Below, one piece after another: positions 35,070 to 53,810 of a stretch of DNA of 64,000 nucleotides. The notes under the pieces were generated by a model. It was not told where the DNA came from and searched no databases. It worked only from the letters and a program-made list of their open reading frames with translations. The first letter of the stretch is position 1; every line of letters begins with the position of its first letter. Both the position numbers and the translations under genes were made by a program. Source of the DNA: the human T2T-CHM13v2.0 reference genome, Homo sapiens; NCBI RefSeq assembly GCF_009914755.1, contig NC_060925.1; one strand, 5' to 3'.

Positions 35070-35212
35070 ACCAGGCAGGGTGGCTCACACCTGTAATCCC
35101 AGCACTTTGGGAGGCTGAGGTGGGAAGATCACTTGAGCCCAGGAGTTCAAGACCAGCCTGGGCAAAAAAGCGAGATCCCCATCTCTATAAAAAATAAAAA
35201 TAAAAATAAAAT
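35070..35212 (+). mobile_element. FLAM_C-like Alu monomer
   Basis: Single arm plus (AAAATA)n tail. Confidence 0.8.
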
Positions 35213-35695
35213 TAAAACCTGAAGATATTTAGGATTCTTATACTGTCTGGGAGGGAGCAGTAAAGGTACTTAATATTAGACAACAACATTGGGCAAGTTA
35301 AGAATGCAAGTCGTAATTTTGAGGTCAACCCATTATAAGACAGAAACTGTGTATATAATTTCTAAATTAGTAGAGGACAAAAAAAGAAATGAAACAATTT
35401 GTTAAAAATTCAAAAGAAGAAAAAAGAAACATAAAAAAACAAGATGGTGGATTGAAACTAATGTATTATCAGAAAGTGATTTCCGAGCTTATGAGCATCT
35501 AGGAGTTGTAGGATATACGGAATCATTTCTTTTGCTTGGCCACTGCCTTCGAAGTTGAGTTGCCCTTTTCATCCTGAAGGTCACTCTTACAGCCTAACTT
35601 CACTTGTGTGTCCCCCGTCTGAGCCAGCCAAAGGCATTCCTTGGCTAGTCCAATTCCTCTTGGGTTAGAGAAAGAGCCCATTGAAAGGTATAAAG

Positions 35696-35982
35696 CAGGG
35701 GTCACAAATGAGTGGTCTGTAGGCTTGTTTGGTTTGGTCTACACAGTGTTTTAAATTGGAATTAGGGTCAACATTTGCAAATGGGGAGATTTCATATAAA
35801 AATCCCAATAATTGGAAGACTGGTCAACATGGGGTTCATGTTACAGATGACTACAACCTGTTGGATTTTGTAATAACTGCTCCCTTTGGAACATAGCATG
35901 TTCTCTGTTTGCCTTAGTCTCTTTCATGTTCCATTGGGTATGATATGCCTGACCCTGTAGGCCTTTGAGTTTGAGACCCTAG
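35696..35982. mobile_element. hAT-Charlie MITE (MER102-like)
   Basis: Imperfect TIRs caggggtcacaaa ... tttgagaccctag. Confidence 0.5.
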
Positions 35983-36504
35983 AGCAACCTCATATGGATC
36001 AAATTTTCCCGGGCTCTCAGACATTTACCCCTAGTTCTCTCTTTCTCACACGAATGGGCATTATGTATTGTGGGTTAGTAATAATAATAGCTGCAGTATT
36101 GGGCAGGCATTATATACACATCTCATGTATTAGTTATGATAACACAGTGAGAATAGATTTCAGGTATTAAACCTATTTCACCCATGAGGAAAACAGTCTT
36201 GAAGAAGTTAAAGAACTTTCCCATAATCACACACATAGTAAGCGGTGGAACTGAAATTTAAACCCAGGTCTCTCTATGCATTTGGAATAAATTTCAATCT
36301 TCTGCCCACAGTCAAAGGGACACTGCATGATCTGGCCCTAGCCTTTCTCTCTAACCTCATTTCATGCCTCTCTTTCTGGGTGTTCCCTGGTCCTGCACAA
36401 GATTATCTCCTTGTCATCTTTCATGTCTCTGCTTAAATTCCATCTCCCAGAGAGACCTGTGATCATTCCAAATCCACTCTCCCTTCCTCCTCCTTCTTCT
36501 ATCC

Positions 36505-37085
36505 AAGCAGTATGTTGGAGCTGGCTTGTACTGGCTCATATTGGCTAATGAGAGCAATATGGTAAATTTTGTGGAATTTGGCAAACCAATTGAAGTCACA
36601 TTGGTAGCTTGAAATTGGTCATGGTGGGAGTATTTACACCATGAAAATCAGCAAACATTTCAATTTTGTGTTCTCCCCCAACTCTTTTTGTTTGCTTCAT
36701 ATCACTTATCACAATTTGAGATTATGTGTTTAGTTTTTTTGTTGTTAGATAACAATACCTTCCAGGGGTTTTGTGATAATTACATGGTTTATATCTATAA
36801 AGTTCTTACAATATTATCTGACATATAGTAGACACTCAGTAAATGTTAGTTATTATACTTAATTTCATGAATATAGAGTCTATGTGTATTTTGTTCATTG
36901 TCCAGTGGTTTGCCAAAGCCAGCTTGTACTGGATCACAAGGGCCGATTGTATACATCTCTTCCCAGTTCTACATTCACTGATATTGACTGTGGTGGGAGT
37001 ATTTACACCATGGTAATTGGTAAATGCCTTAAATCAGGATTTAAAAATTTCTGTTTTGGGAGATCAGGGTCCAGCATGCCATTAT
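36505..37085 (+). mobile_element. Two MER63-like (hAT-Blackjack) copies (~36505-36665, ~36902-37085) among L2/MIR fragments
   Basis: Both contain gcttgtactgg and tggtgggagtatttacaccatg. Confidence 0.65.
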
Positions 37086-37153
37086 CTAGTAGAGTGACTA
37101 GGATTGAGTAGGCACCCCATAAATACTTGTTGAATTAATAAATGCATGACATT

Positions 37154-37470
37154 GGCTGGGTGCGGTGGTTCACGCCTGTAATTCCAGCACTTTGGGAGGC
37201 TGAGGCAGGTGGATCATCTGAGGTCAGGAGTTCGAGACCAGCCTAGCCAACATGGTGAAACCCTGTCTCTACTAAAAATACAAAAGTTAGCCAGGTGTGG
37301 TGGTGGGCGCTTGTAATCCCAGCTACTTGGGAGGTTAAGGCAGGAGAATTGCTTGCAGGAGGCGGAGGTTGCAGTGAGCTGAGATTGCGCCATTGCACTC
37401 CAGCCTGGGCGACAAAGCGAGACTCCAACTCAAAAAATAAATAAATAAAAATAAAAATAAATAAATAAAT
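37154..37470 (+). mobile_element. AluS
   Basis: Full dimer with an (AAAT)n tail. Confidence 0.9.
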
Positions 37471-38236
37471 ACGTGACATTAAAGTCCATATGTTTAATCA
37501 TTTCATTAGGGTCTTTTCAGCCATGCCTTGAACTGAGTAGGACTGAATGCAGAATTCCTTAATATAGAAGACCCTTTCTACAGATATCCCTGGGGTGTTA
37601 GCACACATTACCTGGCTGCTCTCCAGAAGCAAACCTTAGCATTCGTCCCCTCCAGTTCTGGTTTCTTTGAAACATTTGACAAAGAGGAAGAGAGATGAGA
37701 AGTAAGAAGGCCATCATCCTGATGACAGGGTTTGTTTCGAGTTCTCAGAGTCAGCACCCGCTATCTCTGTGTGGAGCCTGCCATTGGGCTGCTATTTGGA
37801 TTTTGCAGCCTTGAGGTTTCTGTGAGGATGCCAAGGTGGATGAGGAAAGGTCAGCAGACCCAGTGTGCATACTAGACTAATGAGAAAATGATGTGTGGAA
37901 TTGAAGGGAGATGTTTGAGAATCTGTGGCAGAGCCCCTGGTTGTGTGGGGGTCCCTGAGAAGGTAGGCATGGGGCATGGAAAGGGAGGATAGGAAGTAGG
38001 CAGGATCTTGTTGAAGAGGGTGCTATTATAAGGCCCTTTAGGGGAAGGTTCATGTGTGGGACTCTCTGTGTTAGAAGCAGGTGTGAGATCATGTGTCAAC
38101 ATAGCTGTCACTTCCCTTCTTTCAGTCTCCTTTATTCTGTAAAATGATAGTGAAGCTTGATGCTCCCCTGGAGGGTGTGTGTTGGAGAAAGATGCGGATG
38201 GAGAAGGGAAGGTATCTTTGTCATTATAATTATTAG

Positions 38237-39240
<1,004 letters not shown>

Positions 39241-39843
39241 TAAACAAATAGTAAAATCCCACATATACTCTTCTGCTCCCACTTTTTTCTTTTAAGACAA
39301 ACTTGAGAGGTAATTCCACATCAGTACATAATAAGCTTCTGCTTTCTTTTTGACAGTGCATAGTGTTCCGTTGTATGGATGTACCATTATTTTTTTAATC
39401 AGCACACCAAAGGTGGACATTTAGGCGCTTCCGATATTTTTCTTTTGAAATCATGCTGCATCAAATTTCCTTGTGATTTTGCACCTGTACCAGTATATCT
39501 GTATCATCTCTGTTTCATAGTTGGGGCAGCTGGGGCTCGAGGTGATGAAATGACATGTCTAAGATCACAGACGGTCATCAAAGCAAGTTCTACAGCCCAG
39601 CCACCGTCAGAGTTTCTCTCCAGTACAGCATGGAGCCTGGATTTTAGTTCAGCAGCCCTTGTTGCGTGTTGCCATATGCCAGACCCTATCTAGGCCCTAT
39701 CTAGAGCTTGATAGGGCCTCGTCCCTGCCCTGGGGCAGCTTACATTCCAGGGTAATTTGCACACGATGCAGTCAGTGCTATGATAAAGCTAGGCACAGAG
39801 GAAAGGCAGTTGACCCTGCCTGTGGTGTCAAGATGAGCTTCTG

Positions 39844-40197
<354 letters not shown>

Positions 40198-40409
40198 TTA
40201 GGAGGAGTTAGCCTAAGAAGACGGCAGGCATGGCCTGTCAGTCGGAGGGATGAGCAGACATCCAAAGCACAGAAACACAAGCGATTTGGTACCACCAGGG
40301 TGCCAAGCGGGTGTTGGGAAGTGGCTGCAGAAGTGTGTCTGTGAGTGCGTGGGGTCCAGTGATGAGCTCCTGGATCCCATGTTGTAGGGAGCTTGGGCCT
40401 GGCTCTTTA

Positions 40410-41070
40410 GGTCTCATCTGAAGTCCATGGACTTTCTAGGAAAATGTTAACTTTTGTGTCTTACTTTTAATGATAATATAAAAAACAAATGAGATAATCA
40501 TGGTTTGGATCATCTGGGTGGCACTTTATAACCTGTATTGCCAAATGATTTCAGTGTCTGCATTCGTCTTTGTGTTTGTGATGAGCTGGCACCAAGTAGT
40601 GCTGCTTTAATTGTCTCAGCTAATTAGAAAAGAACAGAGGAGGACTTAATATGTAAATGATGCGTTTGAGCCTGGAGGAGGCCAAATGTCCTCCCAGCAG
40701 GCTGAATGAACAAAGGGTGAGCAGAAGTTCCAATAGAGAAAAGTGGTGGGAGAAGTGAGTCATTGCACAGCGTGCCAAACTCCAGAGACCCTCCTGAGCT
40801 GGAACTCTCCATTCCACGATCGCATTTTGTGCAGCAATTAGTTTCAGCAAACATCATCTGTCACAATACATTAATGTTTTTATTTTAAAATGTATTGGCT
40901 TTATAGTTTTGTTTCTATTTAATTGGTAAATTGCCATTGCTTTTATAGTTTTATGTGCCATAAATATATATTTATACCTAGTTTTATGTCTATATCTTTT
41001 TAAATGACATTATAGTACATATAAATTATCATCACTAGGGGGATAGAGAGATTTTTTTTTTTCCTTTCAG
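40410..41070. mobile_element. Putative old hAT-Charlie DNA transposon remnant
   Basis: General resemblance only; no clear TIR pair. Confidence 0.3.
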
Positions 41071-41850
41071 GGGAGCCATTGAAGAGTTTTAAGTTAAATG
41101 ATCAGTTTGGCATTTTAAACAGAGCACCCTAGCAATATGGAGTATGGATTGGAAAGGGACAAGATTAGACTATCTGTAGGGCCTAAACTAAGTCAGTGTA
41201 GAGTTGTCCAGGAGAAAGCAGATTTCGGAAATGTTTAGAAGGTGAAACTGATCGGATCTGGCAACCTACTGGGTATAGGCGGTGAGGGAAAAGACAGCAT
41301 GGGCTGACACCCTGGTTCCTGCTTTGGTATAATTGGATGTATTGTGGTGTCATTAACTAAAGCAAGGAACAGAAAGAAAAGGAGAGCGGAAGGCAGCACC
41401 AGGTGTTGAGACGAAGAGTTCCATTTTGGACATGCTAAGTTTGAGATGCCTATGGGACATCCAGGCAGCAATGCTCAGTGGGCATTTGGACCCATGACCT
41501 TGAAGCTTGAGCCAGAGGTCAGGGCTAGTCATACAGATCTAGGAGCAGTCAGCATTTAGGTGGTGGTTAAGGCACAGAGAGAAGCCCAGATGGAAACTCT
41601 CTAGGAAGGATGTGTAAAATACACAGAGCTGTGGACCAGTGTTCTGGAGAACCCCAAAGTCGAGGATACAGAGGAATGCCCAGAAATGAGTTTGAAAAGC
41701 AACAGTCTTAGGAAAGAGAGAATTGGGAAGGGATGGATATTGGCAGCTAATGGAACAAAGGGCTGTCCATGATGTCACAACCAGAGGACAAAATAAGATA
41801 AGGACAAAAATGTGGTCACTGGATTTAGTACTATGAAAGTCATGGAAAAA
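41070..41850 (-). mobile_element. L2 LINE fragment
   Basis: gagttccattttggacatgctaagtttgagatgcctatgggacatcca, a classic L2 motif. Confidence 0.8.
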
Positions 41851-42096
41851 ACATGGCACCACTCTCCTTCCTAAGCCCCCAGCACAACCTTGGAATCCTT
41901 CTTGACCATGTGCTTCCTAGTTGCGTCCCAGTCAATTAACTGGAGTTGGCACAAGAGCTAACACCTGCTTGACTTTCCTTGTTTGGTACAGGTGGAGGGG
42001 TTACATCACTGGGTCAGGAACAACCCATTCTTGAGACTAGAAGTAAAGACTGGCGGAAGGAAAGGAAGCCCTAGTAGGAAGTACAGTAGACTTTGT

Positions 42097-42414
42097 TTTT
42101 TTATTTGTTTTGTTTTGTTTGTTTTTTTGAGACGGAGTTTTGCTCTGTCGCCTACGCTGGAGTGCAATGGCGCGATCTTGGCTCACTGCAACCTCCACCT
42201 CCCAGGTTGCAAGCCATTCTCCTGCCTCAGCCTCCCAAGTAGCTGGGATTGCAGGCATCTGCCCCCATGCCCAGCTAATTTTTGTATTTTTTTTAGTAGA
42301 GACGGGGTTTCACCATGTTGTTCAGTGTGGTCTTGAATTCCTGACCTCCGGTGATCCACCTGCCTCAGGCTTCCAAACTGCTGGGATTAGAGGTGTGAGG
42401 CACCGCGCCTGGCC
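42097..42414 (-). mobile_element. AluS
   Basis: Full dimer; TSD core cagtagactttg. Confidence 0.9.
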
Positions 42415-43219
42415 AAGGAATTGCAGTAGACTTTGGAGATGAAGGGAGTGGGATGTGGGTGGGGGAAGATTTAGAATAGATGCTGAGAGCTGACCCAGGA
42501 CTAGCAAAAGGCTTGTGAGGGCCAGATGAGGTTGGAGAGGGAGGGGTTTATGGTAGCAACAAGTCTTGCAGTTGGGAGATTTTCTCCATCAGTTCACAGC
42601 AAGTTGATGGTAGGAAAAGTGAGTGTGATTGACACTCAGGGGTTCATACATAGGTTTTACTTTTCCTGATGACCTGGAACAACTCTCCTCAGGGGCCTTT
42701 GAACCTGCAACTAAAAAATAAATGGATGGACTGGACGATATCCCTGGCTCCATTGCTAAGTCCTGGCAGTGGTCCATGGTATCTGAGCTGCGTGGGTCTC
42801 ATGGCATTAGGATGCCCAAAGACCCAGTCTCACCTGTTGCTTGCTTTCTTCTGGCTGAACCCTCCAGGTATTTATGGTGGTGGTCACTCAGTTTTCCCCT
42901 GTGGTTGCCCTGCCTGGTCTGAGCCTCCGAAATGTTTGGGATAAAACAATGAAATAATTACGAACAGTCAGTAATTAGCTACAGCATTACAATTTCAAAT
43001 GAAATTACAGCTTTCAGCCCAAGTAGCCAGAGGGGAGTTCTATAAAAGTCATTTATTTTTTCAATGCTAAATGAAGTAATTGATGGCTAGCCTGGTGATT
43101 GGAATATTTTCTTTCCCCTTTTCCTCAAAATCTTCTGAAGAACTCTGTCCCCTTTTTGCTTCCTCTTTCTTCACCCATCCCTATTTCCTCCCTCCATCCT
43201 CACCTGGCAGTCATATTAA

Positions 43220-43557
<338 letters not shown>

Positions 43558-43789
43558 TTAGTGAGGTGGTCCTTGTTCCTAATTTTAAAACAGGAGAGGC
43601 CAAATTATAAGTAGCAAATGAGCAGAAAAACGTTCGGTTGCCCTCACCAGCTATTTGAAGACATACCAAAGAGGACAGTGATGACATAACCGTACTCTTA
43701 TTGGTAAAAGTGGCCAGAGGGTAGAGAAAGGCCACAGCTGCTGAGGTTCCAAGAGGACTTGTCTTTTGCTGTTGGCATCAGAGGCCGGC

Positions 43790-44650
<861 letters not shown>

Positions 44651-45055
44651 AAATGTCATAATTTTTGACCCAGTAATTTCACTCCTGAGAATTTATCTTA
44701 AGGAATTAATATAAGGAAAGAAAAAAAAAGATTATAACCACAGACAAAAGTTTCAAAGCCATTTTTATCTGTAAAGCAAATAACAAGAAACAACCTAAAA
44801 GATCACCAAAAGGGTAGTGGCCAAATATATGTGAATCAACATGACAGGATATTTGCTATGGTTAAGATGATCAACATTAGCTGCAAATAACTGGTGAAGT
44901 GTTTATTAAATAATTAGATGGAAAAAAGTGACCACAGAATTGTATATGTGTTATGATAACTTTATAAGCACATATCACCTGGCTTTCTCCATTGGGGAAT
45001 TACAGATGGCTTCTTAAGATTTATTTTTAGGCATTTTAAAGTACGTTGATTTCAG

Positions 45056-45362
<307 letters not shown>

Positions 45363-45602
45363 GTTGATTTCTAAACAACTCCTGCAGAGCTGCCCCTCCT
45401 GGCTGCTCCCCTACTCCTCCCCACCCCCATCCACCTGCAAGCTCGATTGCTTTCTGTGCAACGTACTGACTTCTGTCAGGCTACCTGTGTGACACAGCAC
45501 AGATGAAAGTGTCTTAAGGCAGGTACTCTGCTTCTCAGCACCTGGCAGTGCAGTGTTTGGCACACAGTAGGCATTTAATCAATGTTTGTTGAACTGTATA
45601 TA

Positions 45603-47753
<2,151 letters not shown>

Positions 47754-48138
47754 TTTATTTTTATATATTTAATTGGGAAGACATCCATGAAATATTGTGT
47801 TATGGAGCAGCATGTATAGTATTATCCATGTCTATTTGGGCACAATCAGGATTGCCTCAGGCAGGTCATTCACGAGGTATTCCAGAAGAAGGCGTTGTTA
47901 TAGCAGATGACAGCTCCATGCATGTTATGGCCCCTGAAGACTTTCCCGTGGGACAAGATGTGGAGCACTGAAATCTTATGTATAAAATATTTATATGGTG
48001 CTTGAATTTTTTTCTTCCCCCTGGGTCAGGGTCTTCATTAGGGAATGAAAGGGGGAGGACGGGGATTGTCCTCACTCTCACCAACAACTCAGGACAGCAA
48101 ATACTTTGCTTTTGTTTTTGTTTTTAAATCTCCAAGGC

Positions 48139-48428
48139 GGGCCGGGCACGGTGGCTCACGCCTGTAATCTCAGCACTTTGGGAGGCCAAGGTGGGCAGAT
48201 CCCCTGAGGTCAGGAGTTTGAGACAAATTTTGTATTTGTAAAAATACAAAAATTAGCCTGGCATGGTGGCCCACGCCTGTAATCCTAGCTACTTGGGAGG
48301 TTGAGGTGGTAGAATCACTTGAACGCAGGAGATGGAGGTTGCAGTGAGCCGAGATCATGCCACTGCAGTCCAACTTGCGAGACAAAGTGAGATCGTGTCT
48401 CAAAATAAACAAACGAATAAATAAATAA
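48139..48428 (+). mobile_element. AluS with an internal rearrangement
   Basis: Left-arm 3' segment replaced by a short inverted copy of the linker. Confidence 0.85.
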
Positions 48429-49272
48429 TCACTCAGGAATAAATTTTAAAACTTTTCTCTTCACATATATACTCATTTCTAAGGGATTTTCAATTCTGTA
48501 ATTGAGTGGTCATGGTGAAATGGAAAGAACATTAAGTGATAATTAGGAAATGTATGTTCTACATTTGATTCTTCTCTTGTTTGGTTTTGAACAAGTACCT
48601 TCTTCTCTCTGGGCCTGTGAAGTTACGGGACTTGAACTTGATGCTCTCAAAGGTCCCTTCTGATTCCTAACAGTGCAGCCCGGGAGCCTGACTCCCTGAA
48701 ACTCCCGAGGCCCAGGTGTGTATCTGCACGTGCCTTTGGTACGGTGGAGCCGAGTGCCCAGGAGCAGGGCTGGCAGGTGAGCTGACTCTGCTGTGTCTCG
48801 GCCCGGTGTCCACTGTCCTGGAAGAAGACTGAGCATCCACAGCATTCTATCCCCAGATGAGGCTGACAGTCACAGTCACAGATGGCCAGAGGATGTGCTG
48901 TCACCTGGTTGCACCAGAAACAAACAGGCTGCAGAGTGTGTTGCTACGTTAGACCTGTACGCCTTTGGTGGATAGTCCATGATTTGCTAAGGGGGTTTGA
49001 AATGGGAAGGTTCTCACAAAATGCTTTTATTCTGCAACTCTCTTCCTCCTCTCAGAGGATTCCAAGGTGGGCATCACCCCTTCACCTCAGAGTCGGCTGT
49101 GGGCTCTGCACCCAGCCTAGGCCGGGGCTCTGAGCTCCTCTCGACCGCCGGTACTGACTCTGGCCACCAGAGGGCACTCTTGCCTTGTGGAGACCAACAG
49201 TCTTCTGAGTCCGAGGAACCTGGTTCCCATCTTTGCCAGAACATCTGGATTTGCTGAAGCCTTTCTCTACTT

Positions 49273-49496
49273 AAGTGGTTCTCCACTGGGAGCAGTTTCT
49301 CCCCTCTCCCCAGGAGACATTTACCAATGTCTGGAGACAGTCTGGTTGTCCTAACCGGGTGGGGGAGGGTGCTCCTGGAATCTACTGAGTAGGGGCCCCA
49401 GATGCTGCTAAACGCCCAGGAATGCACAGGACAGCCGCCCACAACAAAGAATTATGCAGCCGAAAATATCAACAGTGCCAAGGTTGAAAAAGTCTG
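49273..49496 (+). mobile_element. MER20 (hAT-Charlie)
   Basis: agtggttctc...aatgtctggagaca...gatgctgctaaac...aatgcacaggacagcc...caaagaattat...cagtgccaaggttga. Confidence 0.85.
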
Positions 49497-50916
49497 CTCC
49501 ACTCGAATCTATTGCCTAGACGCAGAGTGCACCATCTGGAAATGTAAGTCCTCCGGGGCTGAGCTTTTAGTCTCCCAGTTTCACCTACTCCAAAGAGAAA
49601 TTTTAGAGGAGTGACCTCGAGGCATTTCCCATTGCCTGAGACGTGAGGGTCACAGATACCACAAAGCACTGAAGAGGCAGTGGGGTCTGGCAGAGGGGCA
49701 TGTGAAGATCCCCATGAAGGAGAACAATTCTGTCCCAGGAGCTGGTCTCTCTGAACAGGGCCCAAACCCCATGACAAAACCATCCAGTTCCTTATGCTGG
49801 AGCAGACAACACTAGCTCTTTGTCTCCCAAAACTGGGCAGGGTGATGGGAAAGCCCCTGGGAGCTCGTCCTTCCTGCAGGGCCAGGGATGGGCCTGTGGC
49901 TTTGGGGGCAAGTGAGAAGCAGTTTTCATTGTAGCGCTGGGAACTCTCAGGAGAGAAACTCTGTGGTCCCCACTTTCTTGGCATCTGACATGAAGGAGGG
50001 AGACTGAGATGAAGAACTCTCATAGATCCTTTCTCCTGGCCTAGATCCAGCTTGGAAACCCAGGACCTGTGTGCTGTGTCCATCACCACCTTCCTGAGGA
50101 GCGAGGGCCCATCCTGCCCCACTCTGGGTCTCTCCTTTCCCAGTTCCATGTGTGGCCCTGTGGCCATGCATATGCCACTAAGAAGGGCTGAGAGGCTGCA
50201 GAAGCACGTGCTCAGGGCGTCCTTGAGAAGGATGCACCAACTCCTGGGGCTGAGGAACAGGGACAAACATTGAGTAAAGGGGCCCTCTGTGCCACACGAG
50301 TCCATGCTCCATGTCATAGAAAGGGAGTGGGGACAAATCCTAGGCTTGTAATTGGCAGCCTAGAGACAGTAGGGTGATGGGATCAACAGTCATGGCTCCT
50401 GGGGCACCCCTCTCTGTTGGCATGTCCTTGTTTGGGCAAAAGACCCTCTCTGTCACATGTCCCCTACTTTCCAGGCACCTGATGCCTCACTGCTGCTCTG
50501 CTTGGCATTCTTAGGGCCTGGGGTGTAGAGGAAAAGGGGCCCCTGACAGCATCCTCCTCCTCCTCCTCACCCAACCCTTCTGCTCCAAGGTGGTCCACAG
50601 GGATCTGAGGGCCGTTCTTTAAGGACCCCTGCTGTAGTCTGAAGTTCCTCCCTTGAGGCGGGTTTCCCACTGTGCCCAGGAAGCTCCTCATGCCCTGGCT
50701 TCCTTCTAGCCTTTCTGTCTGAGAGGAGATGCTGGCAGGAGGGAAGAGACTGGCTGGTGGGATGTGTAGCTCCACTCCAGGCCTCAGGTCCTCCTCCAAA
50801 CTCCTGTTCGGGCCTTTTCCCATCACACCAGTCCAGAACGCAGGAGGAGCACAGTGGGAGGATGGGGGTCCACTGCAGGGGGGGGTGGTCAGCCAGAGGA
50901 CAGTTTGCAAGGGCAT

Positions 50917-50922
50917 TTTATT
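50917..50922 (-). terminator. ETV3L: ETV3L distal poly(A) signal AATAAA
   Basis: tttatt on +, ~590 nt past the stop codon. Confidence 0.6.
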
Positions 50923-51225
50923 CATGGTCACAGTGGAGTATTACAGAGCAGAGAAGGCCAGTGTCTCCCCACCCCACTTGCCTGGGTCCTGGGGAAATGG
51001 AGAGAGGAGGAAGTGCCTGCATGGGACAGGGGTTTCCAGGGTCTCAGAAATCAGAGGGATGGGAGAGAAGTTGCATGGAGGGGTGAGAAAGGGACTGGAG
51101 ACCTTAGCCTGGAATGGGGAGATGGGCCCCAGACAAGACTCAGGGAACACAACCACCCCTGTCCTCTCCCCAGGCTAGACCCTTAATTTTCCCCCTTATG
51201 TGGGCAGGATGGAAATTATAGAAAC

Positions 51226-51231
51226 TTTATT
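51226..51231 (-). terminator. ETV3L: ETV3L proximal candidate poly(A) signal AATAAA
   Basis: tttatt on +, ~275 nt past the stop codon. Confidence 0.45.
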
Positions 51232-51504
51232 CTCGTCTCCCTGAAGAAAAGTTGAGATTAGGAATGTCCCCTTAGTCTGCTTAGCAATATGGTGAAAGAG
51301 GAGGGGCACCCTGTCTTGGTTTTTCCCATTTCCACATTCACACCTTCCCTGCAATGCTCCCCACCTTGGGTCCAACTCCACCCCTTCAAATCCTGCAATT
51401 TCAGCCCATGTCCAGCCAGGGGAAGGGGCTAACCCAGAGGCGGTGGGCAAGAGGAGAGATGGACTTTGGAGGACTCCTCCCCAACTTCCCACCTTCCTCT
51501 CTAG

Positions 51505-51983
51505 TTAAGGAGGATCCAAGGGCCACACTGCTTTGAGGTTCTCCAGATTGGGGGAAGTAAGGCTTTCCTCCCCAGTTTTGAGTCTGCGGGTCTCTGGGCA
51601 GAAGACCTCCCTGGGATCCAGGCCTCCCTTTGCCTCCATCATGGGAGCAGGCTTTACTTCCAGCCCCTCGGGCCTGAGGGACAAGAGCCAAAGCCTCTCA
51701 CCCGCACCCTGTCCCAGCCCTGCCAAGAGAGGAAGCCCTGGAAAATGCCAGGCCCCTGGGAGGCTCCTAGGTCCTGGGAGCAGGATGTCTGGCTTAAAAG
51801 CCGCTGGGAGCTGCTGCTCTGACGGGAGAGGAGGCAAGAAGGGCCCCGAGAGACAGGTCCAGTTGGAGGGCAGAGGGGGCGGGAGGGGAGGAGTGAAGGA
51901 GGCAACACCAGGCAGCTCGCCTTGGACGCTCCCCAAATGGCAGCAAAGGCCCAGCCGGCAGGGGCCTGGGGCAGAGCCAAGTC
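51505..51983 (-). CDS. ETV3L: ETV3L coding exon 5 (479 nt, Pro-rich C-terminus, TAA)
   Basis: Acceptor tctctttctttctctag|GA, phase 1; LGSAPGPCR...AVWPLDPP*. Exons sum to 58+238+190+121+479 = 1086 nt = 361 aa plus stop. Confidence 0.9.
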
Positions 51984-52109
51984 CTAGAGAAAGAAAGAGA
52001 GAAAGGGTCAAGGGAGCCCAACCTCTCGCAGATGCTCCTTGCTCCTCCCATTTCCCAGCCCTTCTTGTTTCTTGCTTGGAAGTCTCTTCCTCGCCCCACT
52101 GCCCTTCCT

Positions 52110-52718
<609 letters not shown>

Positions 52719-53434
52719 TAGGCGAGAGTGCCTGCTGCCTGCTCTCATCCCTCCATGAACCTCTCCTCCAAGGGCACTCGGCTGAGTTAGGGTCATGTAG
52801 TCATTTGTGTGCTTTTTATTTAATGTCTGTGAGCCCAACTCTTTGGGGGCAGGGGCTGTAGTTGTTTTATTTTCCCTCGAATCTACCCAGTCTGGACATA
52901 ATCAGTGCTCAAGAAAAATGTGTCCAGTGAATAAGGGAAGGATATTCTCTGCTATATCTCAATGGATCCATTCTTCACTCCCTGCCCCTGCAGCAAGGGC
53001 CTCCAGTCTAGCCGGGCAAAGAACTGGTTGTGTGGCCTTGGCCTTGTCATTTAAATTTGCAGTCCTCTGTTTCTTCATCCATAAAATCCCCTCTCCTAGC
53101 TTGGATTAAGCTGTGTCATGGGTAAGAAGAGGCCCTGCAGAGTGCATGACGGGAGGCCCAGGGCAGGTATGGGGAGCCCCAGCCTCCTTCTTCTCTGTCT
53201 CACTCTGGTCCATAACTTTCCACCTCCAAAAAGGCTTCCTTCTTCCTGCTCCTTCTAATCCTGCCTCTTTCCCTCTCCAACCCTGCCAGGGCCCTACAAT
53301 AGGGCCTCCCAGCTGGGGGCCTTGGAGATGACTATATAGAACTTCACATCACTTTCTGTATTTCGAAAAGCCTAACTGCAATTCCACATTTTTCTTAGCA
53401 AGACCACATCATTTAACTAAAAGAACAAGCATCA

Positions 53435-53810
<376 letters not shown>

